Shown here one piece after another: positions 1 to 8,296 of a DNA stretch of 27,137 nt. The stretch's first letter is position 1. Every line of letters begins with the position of its first letter. A program made the position numbers and the translations under genes. The notes beneath the pieces are model-generated. The model searched no databases. It was not told the DNA's origin and worked only from the letters and a program-made list of their open reading frames with translations. Source of the DNA: Candidatus Methylomirabilales bacterium (GTDB taxonomy: Bacteria; Methylomirabilota; Methylomirabilia; Methylomirabilales; CSP1-5); assembly GCA_046758505.1 (NCBI GenBank), contig JBHIAH010000030.1, positions 1 to 27,137 on the forward strand, in the 5' to 3' direction.

Positions 1-37
1 GATTTTTTCATACCCCCCGACCAGTCGCTCCCCACCG

Positions 38-1396
38 TCACTCCGCGGTGCCGTTGGGCGGATTGTGTTCCCGAAGGAGGGTCTTGAGGCTTTTGCCGCC
101 CAGCGTCGTGCTGACGGCGCGATCCACCGCGTCGACCACCTCATCAACCACCGGGCCGTGGTCTCCCTTGGCGAACAACCGCTGCGGTTCACCGAACGTT
201 CGCAGCGTATCCAGGATCTCCTTGATGCTAATCCCCTCAAGATCTCGGGCCGGCAGATAGACCTCTCCGTCCGATACCGCAACGAGCAGGTGTTTTTCGG
301 CAAGGATGTGCAACAGCTCCGTCACCAGTCGCACCGGCGCGTTCAACCGCTTCGCCAATCCGTCACCGGTCCAGGGGGGTTTCCCAACGAGGAACCGTTC
401 TCCGACCAGCAACATGATCCGCAGGGCCAGCCGTTCCCGCTCCGCCATGCTGGCCAAGGAGGCCCTTCTGCCTCCCTGGTAGGTGTGGAGATGCTGCTGG
501 GCAAACGCCACCTCCGCCCCAAAGAGCACAATCACCCACCCCACATAGAACCAGAGCAGGAAGAGTAACAGGATGGCAAAGCTCGAGTAGATAGCGGTGT
601 ACTTGGTTGAAGAGGCCACGAAGGCCGCAAAGCCCCACCCGGCGGTCACCCAGAGAATGGCCGCCACCAGGCCGCCCATCAGGGCAGGCCGCAGGGTGAC
701 GGGTGTATTGGGCATGAAGATATACATGAAGGTGAACGCCCCCCAGAGCATCACGTACGGCACCAACCGCAGGCCGGTCAGGATCATCGTGCCGAACGGT
801 TCGATGGCCATGAGGCGTTGGACCAGCGCAGAGCTTTGCAGTGACGCGATGATCCCCAAGGCCGAGAAGACCAACACGGGGCCGACCAGCAGCACGCTCA
901 GGTAGTCGCTGAACTTCCGAGCGAGCCGCCGTGGCGTTTTCACTCCCCAGATTCGGTTGAAGGCCTGCTCGATATTCCCCATCAGGGAGACGATGGTGAT
1001 AAACAGGGTAAACATCCCCACCGCCCCCAGGGCCCCCACCTGCACGTTGTTCACAAAACCGATCAGGCGTGTGGTAATTTCCTCGGCACTCGGACCGAGC
1101 GGGGCCAGGAGCTGGGCGAGGGCGGGTTGCAGCCGATTGGCGACGCCAAATGCCTTCAAGAGTGAAAAGGCCACGGCCAGGAAGGGCGCGATGGAGAGGA
1201 GCATCGAGAACGTCAAGGCGGATGCCTGCAGCGTTAGCCGATTCTCCATGAAACCGTGTCCGACGATGTACAGGAGCCTGACCTGTCGGTACAGGAACCG
1301 CCGGACCTTGGTGAGTTCCGCAGGCTCGAGCTGCCACACCTCGTCCAAGACCAGGGCGTTCAGTCGGTGCAGATAATTATGCAGCCGTTTGCCCAT
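38..1396 (-). CDS. YihY/virulence factor BrkB family inner-membrane protein with C-terminal Rrf2-like winged-helix extension
   Basis: 452-aa ORF. It has ASALTFSMLLSIAPFLA, IEQAFNRIW, and YTAIYSSFA..LLWFYVGWVIVLFGAE motifs typical of YihY, about 6 hydrophobic segments, and a C-terminal LAKRLNAP..YLPARDLEGISIKEIL helix-turn-helix-like tail. Confidence 0.9.
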   Translation of the reverse strand: MGKRLHNYLHRLNALVLDEVWQLEPAELTKVRRFLYRQVRLLYIVGHGFMENRLTLQASALTFSMLLSIAPFLAVAFSLLKAFGVANRLQPALAQLLAPLGPSAEEITTRLIGFVNNVQVGALGAVGMFTLFITIVSLMGNIEQAFNRIWGVKTPRRLARKFSDYLSVLLVGPVLVFSALGIIASLQSSALVQRLMAIEPFGTMILTGLRLVPYVMLWGAFTFMYIFMPNTPVTLRPALMGGLVAAILWVTAGWGFAAFVASSTKYTAIYSSFAILLLFLLWFYVGWVIVLFGAEVAFAQQHLHTYQGGRRASLASMAERERLALRIMLLVGERFLVGKPPWTGDGLAKRLNAPVRLVTELLHILAEKHLLVAVSDGEVYLPARDLEGISIKEILDTLRTFGEPQRLFAKGDHGPVVDEVVDAVDRAVSTTLGGKSLKTLLREHNPPNGTAE

Positions 1397-1471
1397 GGGA
1401 GGTCACTGGACCCCTTCGGTGTATTGTCCCACCATTCCACTCCGGAATCCGGGAACGCGCGAGTTGCCTTC

Positions 1472-1772
1472 CTAGCCTCGAGTATTCACACGCGAATGAA
1501 TATCCGCCCTCCGGGCCGTTCGACATGCTCACGACCCCTCTGGTTGGAACTGGGGCCGAGGTTCCAAGATCGTCGAGGGGCCATTGGACAATCTCACGGT
1601 CCCGAGCCCCGTCGAGGGGCTTCGACTCCGCCCCGCGTGTACGGGGCGTCGCTCAGGGCTAGCCTTGAGCAGGCCGCAGGAGCGCTCCGTCGAAACCTCC
1701 CGGTGCGGCCGAGGCCGCACCGGCGGGCGCATTATTCACGAAGCCACTCCGCTCGTGAATAATGCGGGCTAG
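1472..1772. mobile_element. Putative non-autonomous MITE-like element bounded by CTAG, with imperfect terminal inverted repeats and internal REP-like hairpins
   Basis: CTAG occurs at 1472-1475 and 1769-1772. The left end CTAGCCTCGAGTATTCAC matches the reverse complement of the right end, CTAGCCCGCATTATTCAC, at 14/18 positions. Internal perfect stems lie at 1700-1723 (11 bp) and 1728-1766 (14 bp). There is no credible protein-coding content. Confidence 0.6.
1516..1697. repeat. Three tandem degenerate REP-like units of the form TTCGAC...CTCA...GTCGA(G/A)
   Basis: Unit 1 is ~1516-1580 (ccgTTCGACatgctcacg...GTCGAGggg). Unit 2 is 1581-1619 (ccaTTGGACaatctcacgg...GTCGAGggg). Unit 3 is 1620-1697 (cTTCGAC...gctcagggctagccttgagc...GTCGAAacc). 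Confidence 0.6.
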
Positions 1773-2014
1773 GAAAAGCGGTTGTACAGCCAGGCGATAA
1801 CGATCCCCCCGAGCGCCCCATCGACGAAAGCCCAGACTCCGCCGATCAGGCTCCCGCCGAGGTCCGGCCGAAAGCCCAGGTACACGGACCCCAGCACGTC
1901 GACCATCGGTCGGCCCCAGCCGATCGAGCCCGCCAGGCCGAGAAGAAATACTCCTCCCCCCCAGCTCAGCCCGAGCGCCAGGGACAAGCCTTTCATGCTC
2001 AGCGCTTGCTTCAT
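1769..2014 (-). CDS. Small two-helix membrane protein resembling the family usually annotated as 'bacteriophage holin' (DUF5676-like)
   Basis: 81 aa with a GGAGGGAG RBS before the ATG. The motif LGSVYLGF...GSLIGGVWAFVDG...IAWLYNRF is characteristic of this small family. There are no phage genes nearby. Confidence 0.75.
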   Translation of the reverse strand: MKQALSMKGLSLALGLSWGGGVFLLGLAGSIGWGRPMVDVLGSVYLGFRPDLGGSLIGGVWAFVDGALGGIVIAWLYNRFS

Positions 2015-2226
2015 TGCTCCCTCCCCCGGGTCGAAAAGTCCACCGTCCCATCATGAGGGGATGGCCTCGGGAGTCCGCCGTTCTGAATAGCGGACCGCTC
2101 CCTCGGGGCATTTACCTTTCGCGAGGACATCCGGATGTCACATGCGCACACGAACGATTGTGCCGGGGCGGAGCCCGGAACGCTTCCTTCCCTGTCTCCA
2201 TCCGTATCTCCTTCTGAAAAAAATGT

Positions 2227-2255
2227 AGTATCCCCTGCCGGCCAGCGAGAGTCAA
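2227..2255 (-). promoter_or_regulatory. Putative sigma70-type promoter TTGACT-N17-GATACT
   Basis: Exact 17-nt spacer, oriented toward the small ORF at 2201 and the holin-like gene. The same architecture occurs at 8902-8930 and 13241-13269. Confidence 0.55.
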
Positions 2256-2421
2256 GGACCAGGCATACCATCGCTCATGAAAGCGTCCTGATGCCGGGGA
2301 CACCGCTCACGCACCCGCTGGGGACGATATATCCATGAGAGACATCCGTATCAACACGTCGCAGAGATTGTCGTACTCGCCGCCCCCAGGACCGAGCACG
2401 GGGGATCGCCAACCGGCTCCG

Positions 2422-3702
2422 CTACCGCTCGAGGCTGAACGTGAACGGTCCACCGATCGAGCGCGCTCCAACGCGGGTGCCCGTCCGCATGCGTGTCTCA
2501 CGGCTCACGGTGACCTGGACGTCCGTCCGCCAGTAGGATACCGGCCGCACCTGCGTGGCCGTCTCCTCCCACAATTCCCGATTGTCGGGCCTCGCCACGA
2601 TCGAGACCCGGCGCACCACCACCCCGCCGGGCGCCGGCGCGATGATCTCAAGCACCCGCACGGTCTCCCCGCGCACATTCTCGAACTCCGCGCTGCGGGC
2701 TGCCGCTCCCTCGACGCGGGCGGCATCCTTGAAGTTGCCGGCCAGGAAGTGCGCGTGCACCTGATCGAACTCCGCCGTCTCACCCAGGCTGCGCACGGGC
2801 CCGGCGGGCCGAGTGGTCAAGAGATCTCCGAGCGTCCGGCCCATCCGCTGCGCCGCCATCTCATCGAGACGCCGGGTGGTGTCCCCATAGGCCGGGCCGG
2901 GCCTGCGCCCCTGCAGGGTGAAAACCTCGATGGTCACGGTACCGTCCGGCCGCCGTCGATACAGGCGGAACACGCCCTGGGCAGGAACATCAACGAATCC
3001 ATCGAGGCGACCGTCCCCGTCGCGGTCGAGCAGTCCCACCTGGGTACCGGCCTCGGGCCAGGCAGCGAACTGGGCGGCGAGTTCTCGGGCGATCTGCCCC
3101 TTGGTCTGTCCCTTTAATGTGACGAGCGGTACCACCCCCGCCTGCCCTTCCCTCGCGCCTAACTCTCTCTGCCGAATCCTCACGGCGGTGTCATATGTCG
3201 CTGCGATATCCCGGCAGGGGATCCGGTTCACGTCCGAGCCGGCGCGCTTGGTCGGTGGAGCCGTTGCGGGTGCGGCAGGTTCCGCCGGGACTCCGGCCAG
3301 CTCCTGCCCGAGGTCGGCCTTCTCTTGCTCGAGCACCTGAATCTGCCCCTGAATTTCGCCCGCCCGCCTAAAATCCAACTTGACGAGGGCACCCACGCGC
3401 TGCTCTTCGAGTCGCTGAAGCTCGCCAGAGATCTGCTGGAGCCGGGCGTGGATGGCCCCTGCCCGGCCCCCGGCACCCCCCGGCGCGGGTGCCGTGCTGG
3501 CTGGGGAGGCCGGGTACGCCGCCGCCTGAGAGGCCAACGCCCGCCGGACCCCCTCGGACAGCTTGGCGTGTCCCGCGATTCGCAGGCGCAGGGCCTGGCA
3601 CGTGGCCTCGGAGAGCACCCGGCTCTGGGCCACCGCCGGGCCTGCCACGACCAGCCAGGCGCCGAGCGCGGCAGCCTCCACGAATCTGCCCCTCCTCTGC
3701 AT
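2422..3702 (-). CDS. Hypothetical secreted protein with coiled-coil/UVR-like hairpin and DxDxDG motif
   Basis: 426-aa ORF with an AAGGGGA RBS. It has a signal peptide ending AVA|Q, Pro/Ala linkers, LEEQRVGALVKLDFRRAGEIQGQIQVLE and LDRDGDGRLDG. It follows the DUF4197 gene after a 54-nt gap. Confidence 0.75.
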   Translation of the reverse strand: MQRRGRFVEAAALGAWLVVAGPAVAQSRVLSEATCQALRLRIAGHAKLSEGVRRALASQAAAYPASPASTAPAPGGAGGRAGAIHARLQQISGELQRLEEQRVGALVKLDFRRAGEIQGQIQVLEQEKADLGQELAGVPAEPAAPATAPPTKRAGSDVNRIPCRDIAATYDTAVRIRQRELGAREGQAGVVPLVTLKGQTKGQIARELAAQFAAWPEAGTQVGLLDRDGDGRLDGFVDVPAQGVFRLYRRRPDGTVTIEVFTLQGRRPGPAYGDTTRRLDEMAAQRMGRTLGDLLTTRPAGPVRSLGETAEFDQVHAHFLAGNFKDAARVEGAAARSAEFENVRGETVRVLEIIAPAPGGVVVRRVSIVARPDNRELWEETATQVRPVSYWRTDVQVTVSRETRMRTGTRVGARSIGGPFTFSLER

Positions 3703-3756
3703 GGTGTCTTCCCCTTTCCCTGGGCGGCGCCCGTGCGCGCCCGCCTCGACGGCTAC

Positions 3757-4470
3757 TTACTTCCCAAAGACCTGCCGCAAAAGATCCGTCACCCGCGCCG
3801 CGGGGTCCGTCCGAATCTTGCGCTCTTCCTCACCCACCACATAGAACAATCCATCGAGCGCCTTCGTCACCACGTACTCGTCGACATCGAAGGTCACGCT
3901 ATTGGCGAATGGAATGGCCTGGTAGCGGCCCACCAGTGCTTTGTATCGACGGGTCACGCCCACTTGGTTCATCGCTTTATCGACCACCGGCCGAAAGGCT
4001 GCTGCGAGCTGATCGGTCGTCTTGTCCTGGAAATAGTCGGTCGCCGCCGTGTCACCACCGGCGAGGATCTTTCGCACATCGCCAAAGCTCATCTCCCTGA
4101 TGGCGCCCCAGAAAATTCGTTTGGCGGACGGGGCCGCCCGCTCGGCGGCCCGATTCATGCCCACCACGAACTCATCCACCTGTGGGCCGTAGCCCACGAG
4201 CCGCAGCCCCCTCTCCACGGTCTGGAGTTTCTCGGGCATAAGGATCTTGATCGCCCGGTTACGAAAATAGCCGCCGCGCCGTCCCGTGGCCTTCACCGCG
4301 TTCTCGGTGCCCACCTGCAGCGCCTCTTTCAAGCCGGAGGCGATCTTCACATCGCTCAGTTCGTCCTGTTGACCCAAGCCCAGCCCCTTCAGGAGCCGAT
4401 CCAGTTGGGCCGATGCCGGTGCGGCAATCAAGACCAGGACCATGCCTACGGCAAGCGCTCCACGCCTCAT
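3757..4470 (-). CDS. DUF4197 domain-containing secreted protein
   Basis: Start reassigned to the ATG at 4470 (GGAGG RBS, signal peptide MRRGALAVG...ASA|Q). Family motifs are [26 protein letters not shown] and [29 protein letters not shown]. Confidence 0.9.
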   Translation of the reverse strand: MRRGALAVGMVLVLIAAPASAQLDRLLKGLGLGQQDELSDVKIASGLKEALQVGTENAVKATGRRGGYFRNRAIKILMPEKLQTVERGLRLVGYGPQVDEFVVGMNRAAERAAPSAKRIFWGAIREMSFGDVRKILAGGDTAATDYFQDKTTDQLAAAFRPVVDKAMNQVGVTRRYKALVGRYQAIPFANSVTFDVDEYVVTKALDGLFYVVGEEERKIRTDPAARVTDLLRQVFGK

Positions 4471-4580
4471 GGCATCACCTCCTGTTCGCGGCCGCCCCGC
4501 GGATCGCGTGGGTCCAGCAAGGCCAGGTTTCGCTTGCAAACGATTCTCGTGCGTGGAAAGCAGGGCACGTGCACCCAACG

Positions 4581-5603
4581 TTACCCCAACCTGTCGGGTC
4601 GCCATCCGAGACCGAGATGCAGGAGACGGTGCAAGAGCGCCTCATATGAGACACCCGCCTTCTCGGCCGATTCGGCAAGGTCCTCCCCATAAGCGATTTC
4701 GGGGTTCGGGTTTGCCTCGAGAACGAAGACCTTTCCCGTCGGGTCAAGCCGCAGATCGAGGCGCGCGTAGCCGCTGAGATTGAGGACACGGTAGACGCGC
4801 TTGGCAAGGTGCTGGATCGCCTCCAGCAGCCCCTCGGACAGGCCCTTGGCCTCACCCGAATTGATGCCGTGCTTCTTTCGGTACTTGAGGCTCCACTTGA
4901 CCCTCGCCGTAGCGATGTGCCGGACTTCGTCCGGCATCCCGCCCAAAAACAGCTCCCAGACGGGAAACACCTGGAGTCGCATGTTGCCCAGAACTCCCAC
5001 GTAGAGCTCACGCCCCTCGATATAGCGCTCGGCGATGGCATCCGTACCCACGCTCTTGTGGATAAAGCCGACCCGCTCCCGCAGCTTATCGTCATTGTCC
5101 ACTATGGAGGCCTGCGAGATACCCAGCGAGGCTTCCTGGGACACGGATTTGACGATCAAGGGGAAGGGGAGTCGCTTGCGGCTCTTGACCTTTCGCCCGA
5201 CGGGAAAGACGCCGAACTCAGGCACAGCAATGCGGTGGTAGGAAAGGACCTTCTTGGACAACGACTTATCCCGTGCCAGCATGAGTCCCCGGGGATTGCA
5301 GCCGGTGTACGGCATCCGCAGTAGCTCGAGGTAGGCGACCACGTTTTGATCGTAGACGGCGACCCCATCAAACTCTTCGAGGAGGTTGAAGGCGATGTGA
5401 GGCTTCCACGCCTCGATCGCGTTGCGAATCACCGTCAGATCGCTGAGCACACCAACGACCTGCACTTCGTGTCCCATCTCGCGGAGTGTGGTCACGACGT
5501 CAAACTCCGTTTTCCAATCCACGGTCGCGAGATCGACTCCCGTGGTGTCATCTAGAGGAACCAATGCCTCATGCACCAAGACCAAAACACGCAGCTTCCT
5601 CAT
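4581..5603 (-). CDS. D-alanine--D-alanine ligase-like ATP-grasp protein (probably not a true Ddl)
   Basis: 340 aa with ATP-grasp motifs [38 protein letters not shown] and LEANPNP. It lacks the Ddl GGxSxE and LHGxxGEDG motifs (FNLLEEFDG instead). Confidence 0.85.
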   Translation of the reverse strand: MRKLRVLVLVHEALVPLDDTTGVDLATVDWKTEFDVVTTLREMGHEVQVVGVLSDLTVIRNAIEAWKPHIAFNLLEEFDGVAVYDQNVVAYLELLRMPYTGCNPRGLMLARDKSLSKKVLSYHRIAVPEFGVFPVGRKVKSRKRLPFPLIVKSVSQEASLGISQASIVDNDDKLRERVGFIHKSVGTDAIAERYIEGRELYVGVLGNMRLQVFPVWELFLGGMPDEVRHIATARVKWSLKYRKKHGINSGEAKGLSEGLLEAIQHLAKRVYRVLNLSGYARLDLRLDPTGKVFVLEANPNPEIAYGEDLAESAEKAGVSYEALLHRLLHLGLGWRPDRLG

Positions 5604-6673
5604 AGCGCCACCCGGTGACGACCGCTGTGGAGATAATTCATCGTCTGCACGGTCAGGAGCACCGTAAAATCCAGCTTGGTCTGATCCTCGGGACCGGCGA
5701 GCCGCAACTTCAGTTCTCGGCAGCGTTCGATCACATCTTCGAGCACTTGATCAATCGTGTACTGGTATTCCCCGGTCCAGCCCGCAACCTTGCGGCGGAC
5801 TTCCTTACGGACCCGATGTAAGAACCCGGCTGCCGACATATTGCCAGCGAATTCTGGCGCGTCGGAGAAAAGCCGCCGCAGGTCCCGATCGTAAAAGTTC
5901 GGATACTCGAGACCGTAGTGCCCGCGCTTCTCTTTGTAGTGCTTCCGCAAGGTCCTCCGCAGGCGCGAGAGGGGATCAACCCGCCCTTTCGAGACTACGA
6001 GGGGTTTTCGGCCAGCAATTTCTCGCATGAGTTCGTCTATATACTCAAGCTTCTTGAGCGCCGGCCAGCCCGCATATCGCTCTTTCCACATGGACTCGGG
6101 ATACAACCAGACGGCGAAAGTCTCGGCGAAGTCCTCATCAGGGTGACTTTGCGCGTACAACGTATCAAGGTGAAGGACAAAGCTCTTGCTGTAAGGCCGG
6201 GGGGTGTAAAACTCGGGGTAGGGCTCGGAGGACTTGCCGAACAGCTTTTGCCGGCGCCGCCGTCGGCGCAAGAGATACGCGTTTTCGATGGCGTGCCCCG
6301 TTTCGTGACGGAGGATACGCATGCACCATTCGGGGGTCCCGCCCTCGACCTCGAGCATCTGATTCAGCTCGAGCCGTGCCAGGCGTGGATGGGCCATGTA
6401 GAACGGGATGGCAGTCCCGGGAACATCGTCCGGCGTGAACCAGTCATCCGAAAGCCAAAAGTGAGGCCGAAATTGGAGGCCGCGGTCCTCGAGCTCTCCA
6501 TAGAGCTGCTTGATCCGGTCTTCGAGGTCGGTCTGCTCGATCCTGACATCGAGATCACAGATCCTCATATCGAGGAGCTTCTCATCGGGCCAATCCACCC
6601 ATTCGGGTTTCGTCGGGCGGTCGGACGAAGGCGCGTCCGGCTGACGCAAGGCGGTTATCTTCCTTCCTGCCAT
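5600..6673 (-). CDS. Putative zinc-binding metallopeptidase (zincin-like, HEXXH)
   Basis: 357 aa with RHETGHA (HEXXH) and downstream YAQSHPDEDFAETFAVWL. Its stop overlaps the ATP-grasp start codon (ATGA at 5600-5603). Confidence 0.85.
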   Translation of the reverse strand: MAGRKITALRQPDAPSSDRPTKPEWVDWPDEKLLDMRICDLDVRIEQTDLEDRIKQLYGELEDRGLQFRPHFWLSDDWFTPDDVPGTAIPFYMAHPRLARLELNQMLEVEGGTPEWCMRILRHETGHAIENAYLLRRRRRRQKLFGKSSEPYPEFYTPRPYSKSFVLHLDTLYAQSHPDEDFAETFAVWLYPESMWKERYAGWPALKKLEYIDELMREIAGRKPLVVSKGRVDPLSRLRRTLRKHYKEKRGHYGLEYPNFYDRDLRRLFSDAPEFAGNMSAAGFLHRVRKEVRRKVAGWTGEYQYTIDQVLEDVIERCRELKLRLAGPEDQTKLDFTVLLTVQTMNYLHSGRHRVAL

Positions 6674-6851
6674 CAGTCCCTTTCCCCGATCAGCGGGTCT
6701 CGTCCAGGTCGCGCCGCGGGGCCGCCGGGGTTTGTTCCGGCGACGGGTCCATGGGACACGTCCTACTCACGCCCCGGTCCTGCGCCTGAAAATACAACCC
6801 CTTACGGGCCCTCATCCCGCACCGGCACTCGCAGCACCCATCACTTTAACC

Positions 6852-6880
6852 AGTATACCCGTCCCCGAATTCGTGGGCAA
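6852..6880 (-). promoter_or_regulatory. Putative sigma70 promoter TTGCCC-N17-TATACT for the peptidase/ATP-grasp operon
   Basis: Near-consensus -10 with an exact 17-nt spacer, ~180 nt upstream of the peptidase ATG in the divergent intergenic region. Confidence 0.55.
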
Positions 6881-7018
6881 GCCCGCACCAAGTTACCCTG
6901 CATCGGCAGCAGGGTGTGGCCACAAGCGCGGCGGCCGAGCGCCCGTAAGGGCATCGCGATGTCTTTCGGCGCACGAACACTCGGGCCCCAGTTTCCGGTC
7001 CGAACGGTCATTTCGGTA

Positions 7019-7048
7019 TTGACGTCGGTAAGGCGGGGAAGATATAAA
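7019..7048 (+). promoter_or_regulatory. Putative sigma70 promoter TTGACG-N18-TATAAA for the SPOR gene
   Basis: Near-consensus hexamers ending 35 nt upstream of ATG 7084, followed by a GGAGGAG RBS. Confidence 0.55.
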
Positions 7049-7083
7049 GAGGCTCGGGTTTCTACAACGGAGGAGCACTCATT

Positions 7084-8085
7084 ATGAGGAATCGCTTCGT
7101 GGTGATCGGAGGAGTGGGCATTGTTCTTGTCGGCGCCGCCTATTGGTACTTCAACCGTCCCTTCGAACTCCCATCGCTCCCGAACGTCCGCCTCCCCTGG
7201 GGGCTGTCGAGAGCCCCAGCACCGAAGCCTCGCGCACCCAGGCCCCGGGTACCGAAGCCCCCAGCACCGAAGCCCGCGCCGACTCCCCCGGTCGCGCCCC
7301 CCCCGGTGCAACCCAAGCCTATCCCACCTCCCCAGGTCAAACCGGCGCCTGGCACGCCTCCCCAGGTCAAACCCCGACGCGTCACGCCCCCGGTTGCCGT
7401 GAGGCCTCCCGGGGCAGAACGGCAGCAGGCAGCTGCCCCTCCAGCTCCGAAGGCCCTCCCCCCCAGGGTCGAACCTTCCAGGGAGGAGGCCCCGGCCAAG
7501 GCTCCGCCGGAGAGCGTCAAACCGGCCGAGACCCCACGGGAGAGCCCCACGCCGGCAGAGACCCCGACCCTGGGGAAAAAACCGGCCCCACAGCGACTGG
7601 TGAAGCGGACGGTCCCCACGGTGAGGAAGAAAAGACGATACAGCGTCCAGGTCGCCACCTTGGTCTTCAAGCGGAACGCCCTCTCTCTCAAGAAGCGATT
7701 GGAAAGGCTCGGATATCATCCGATCATCCGAAGGACCACTGCCCCCATTAGCCTCCATCGGGTTTACGCGGGTGCGGTGAGGAATCAGGAGGACGCGGAG
7801 CGGACCGCGCAGAGACTCAGCATGGACGGGTTTTACCGCAACCTGGTCGAGATGGGACGAGGGAAGTTCGCGCTCGAGGTCGGGTCATTCTTCCATCAGA
7901 ACGAAGCCATCGATCTGGCCCACAGCCTTCAGCAGAAGCACTACACCTCGCGGATCGTCTCTACCACCGCCCCCACCCCGGTGCGCGCCGTGCGGGTAGG
8001 ACCGTATGCGATGCGATCGAAGGCCGTCCGGGTGCGTGAGGCCCTCAGAAAGAAGGGGTTCGCCCCCCTCGTCGTGCGGCGCTGA
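7084..8085 (+). CDS. SPOR-domain peptidoglycan-binding protein (DedD/FtsN-like architecture)
   Basis: N-terminal TM helix and a long Pro-rich linker, then four beta-alpha half-repeats (YSVQVA..NA..L..RL; HRVYAG..A; ALEVGSF..NEA; VRVGPY..A...LRKKGF) equal to two SPOR domains. Confidence 0.85.
   Translation: MRNRFVVIGGVGIVLVGAAYWYFNRPFELPSLPNVRLPWGLSRAPAPKPRAPRPRVPKPPAPKPAPTPPVAPPPVQPKPIPPPQVKPAPGTPPQVKPRRVTPPVAVRPPGAERQQAAAPPAPKALPPRVEPSREEAPAKAPPESVKPAETPRESPTPAETPTLGKKPAPQRLVKRTVPTVRKKRRYSVQVATLVFKRNALSLKKRLERLGYHPIIRRTTAPISLHRVYAGAVRNQEDAERTAQRLSMDGFYRNLVEMGRGKFALEVGSFFHQNEAIDLAHSLQQKHYTSRIVSTTAPTPVRAVRVGPYAMRSKAVRVREALRKKGFAPLVVRR
7327..7373 (+). repeat. 17-nt direct repeat (cctccccaggtcaaacc) in the Pro-rich linker
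   Basis: Identical copies at 7327-7343 and 7357-7373, each encoding PPQVKP. Confidence 0.8.
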
Positions 8086-8296
8086 TCACCTGCCTGCACC
8101 TTTGTATTCCGGATAAAAATACACGCCTTCCCGGACTGTGCCACGAACCGGGAAGGCGTGTGATTTCTGCGATGCCAACGATAAGAGCGAACCACGCAGA
8201 GGGGCTATCGGCACTCCGCTTCCGTCCGCCCCATGCGTTGGCGGATACCCCGCATCCCCCGCTACCGCAATGCTGATACCACGTACGATATGACCG

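Noticed and set aside
1516..1697. Repeat units as a possible mini CRISPR array, given the RecB/Cas4-like nuclease 8 kb away
   Set aside because: The units are degenerate, unequal and lack a repeat-spacer period. There are no cas genes, and the nuclease lacks the Cas4 Fe-S cysteine pattern.
1584..1772. 62-aa ORF ending LVNNAG, resembling an SDR motif
   Set aside because: The motif is just the translation of the element's terminal inverted repeat. No Rossmann or catalytic SDR motifs are present.
3325..4692. 455-aa plus-strand ORF
   Set aside because: Antisense shadow of the DUF4197 and secreted-protein genes. It has no recognisable motifs, and such ORFs are common in high-GC DNA.
6690..6752. 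Short ORF MDPSPEQTPAAPRRDLDETR in the peptidase leader, considered as a RiPP precursor for the ATP-grasp enzyme
   Set aside because: Weak RBS and no graspetide-like leader or core pattern. The ligase is Ddl-like rather than RimK/graspetide-like.
5918..7087. 389-aa plus-strand ORF
   Set aside because: Antisense to the metallopeptidase and runs through the divergent promoter region, with no protein-like motifs.
6841..7758. 305-aa minus-strand Gly/Arg-rich ORF
   Set aside because: Mirror of the Pro-rich SPOR linker.
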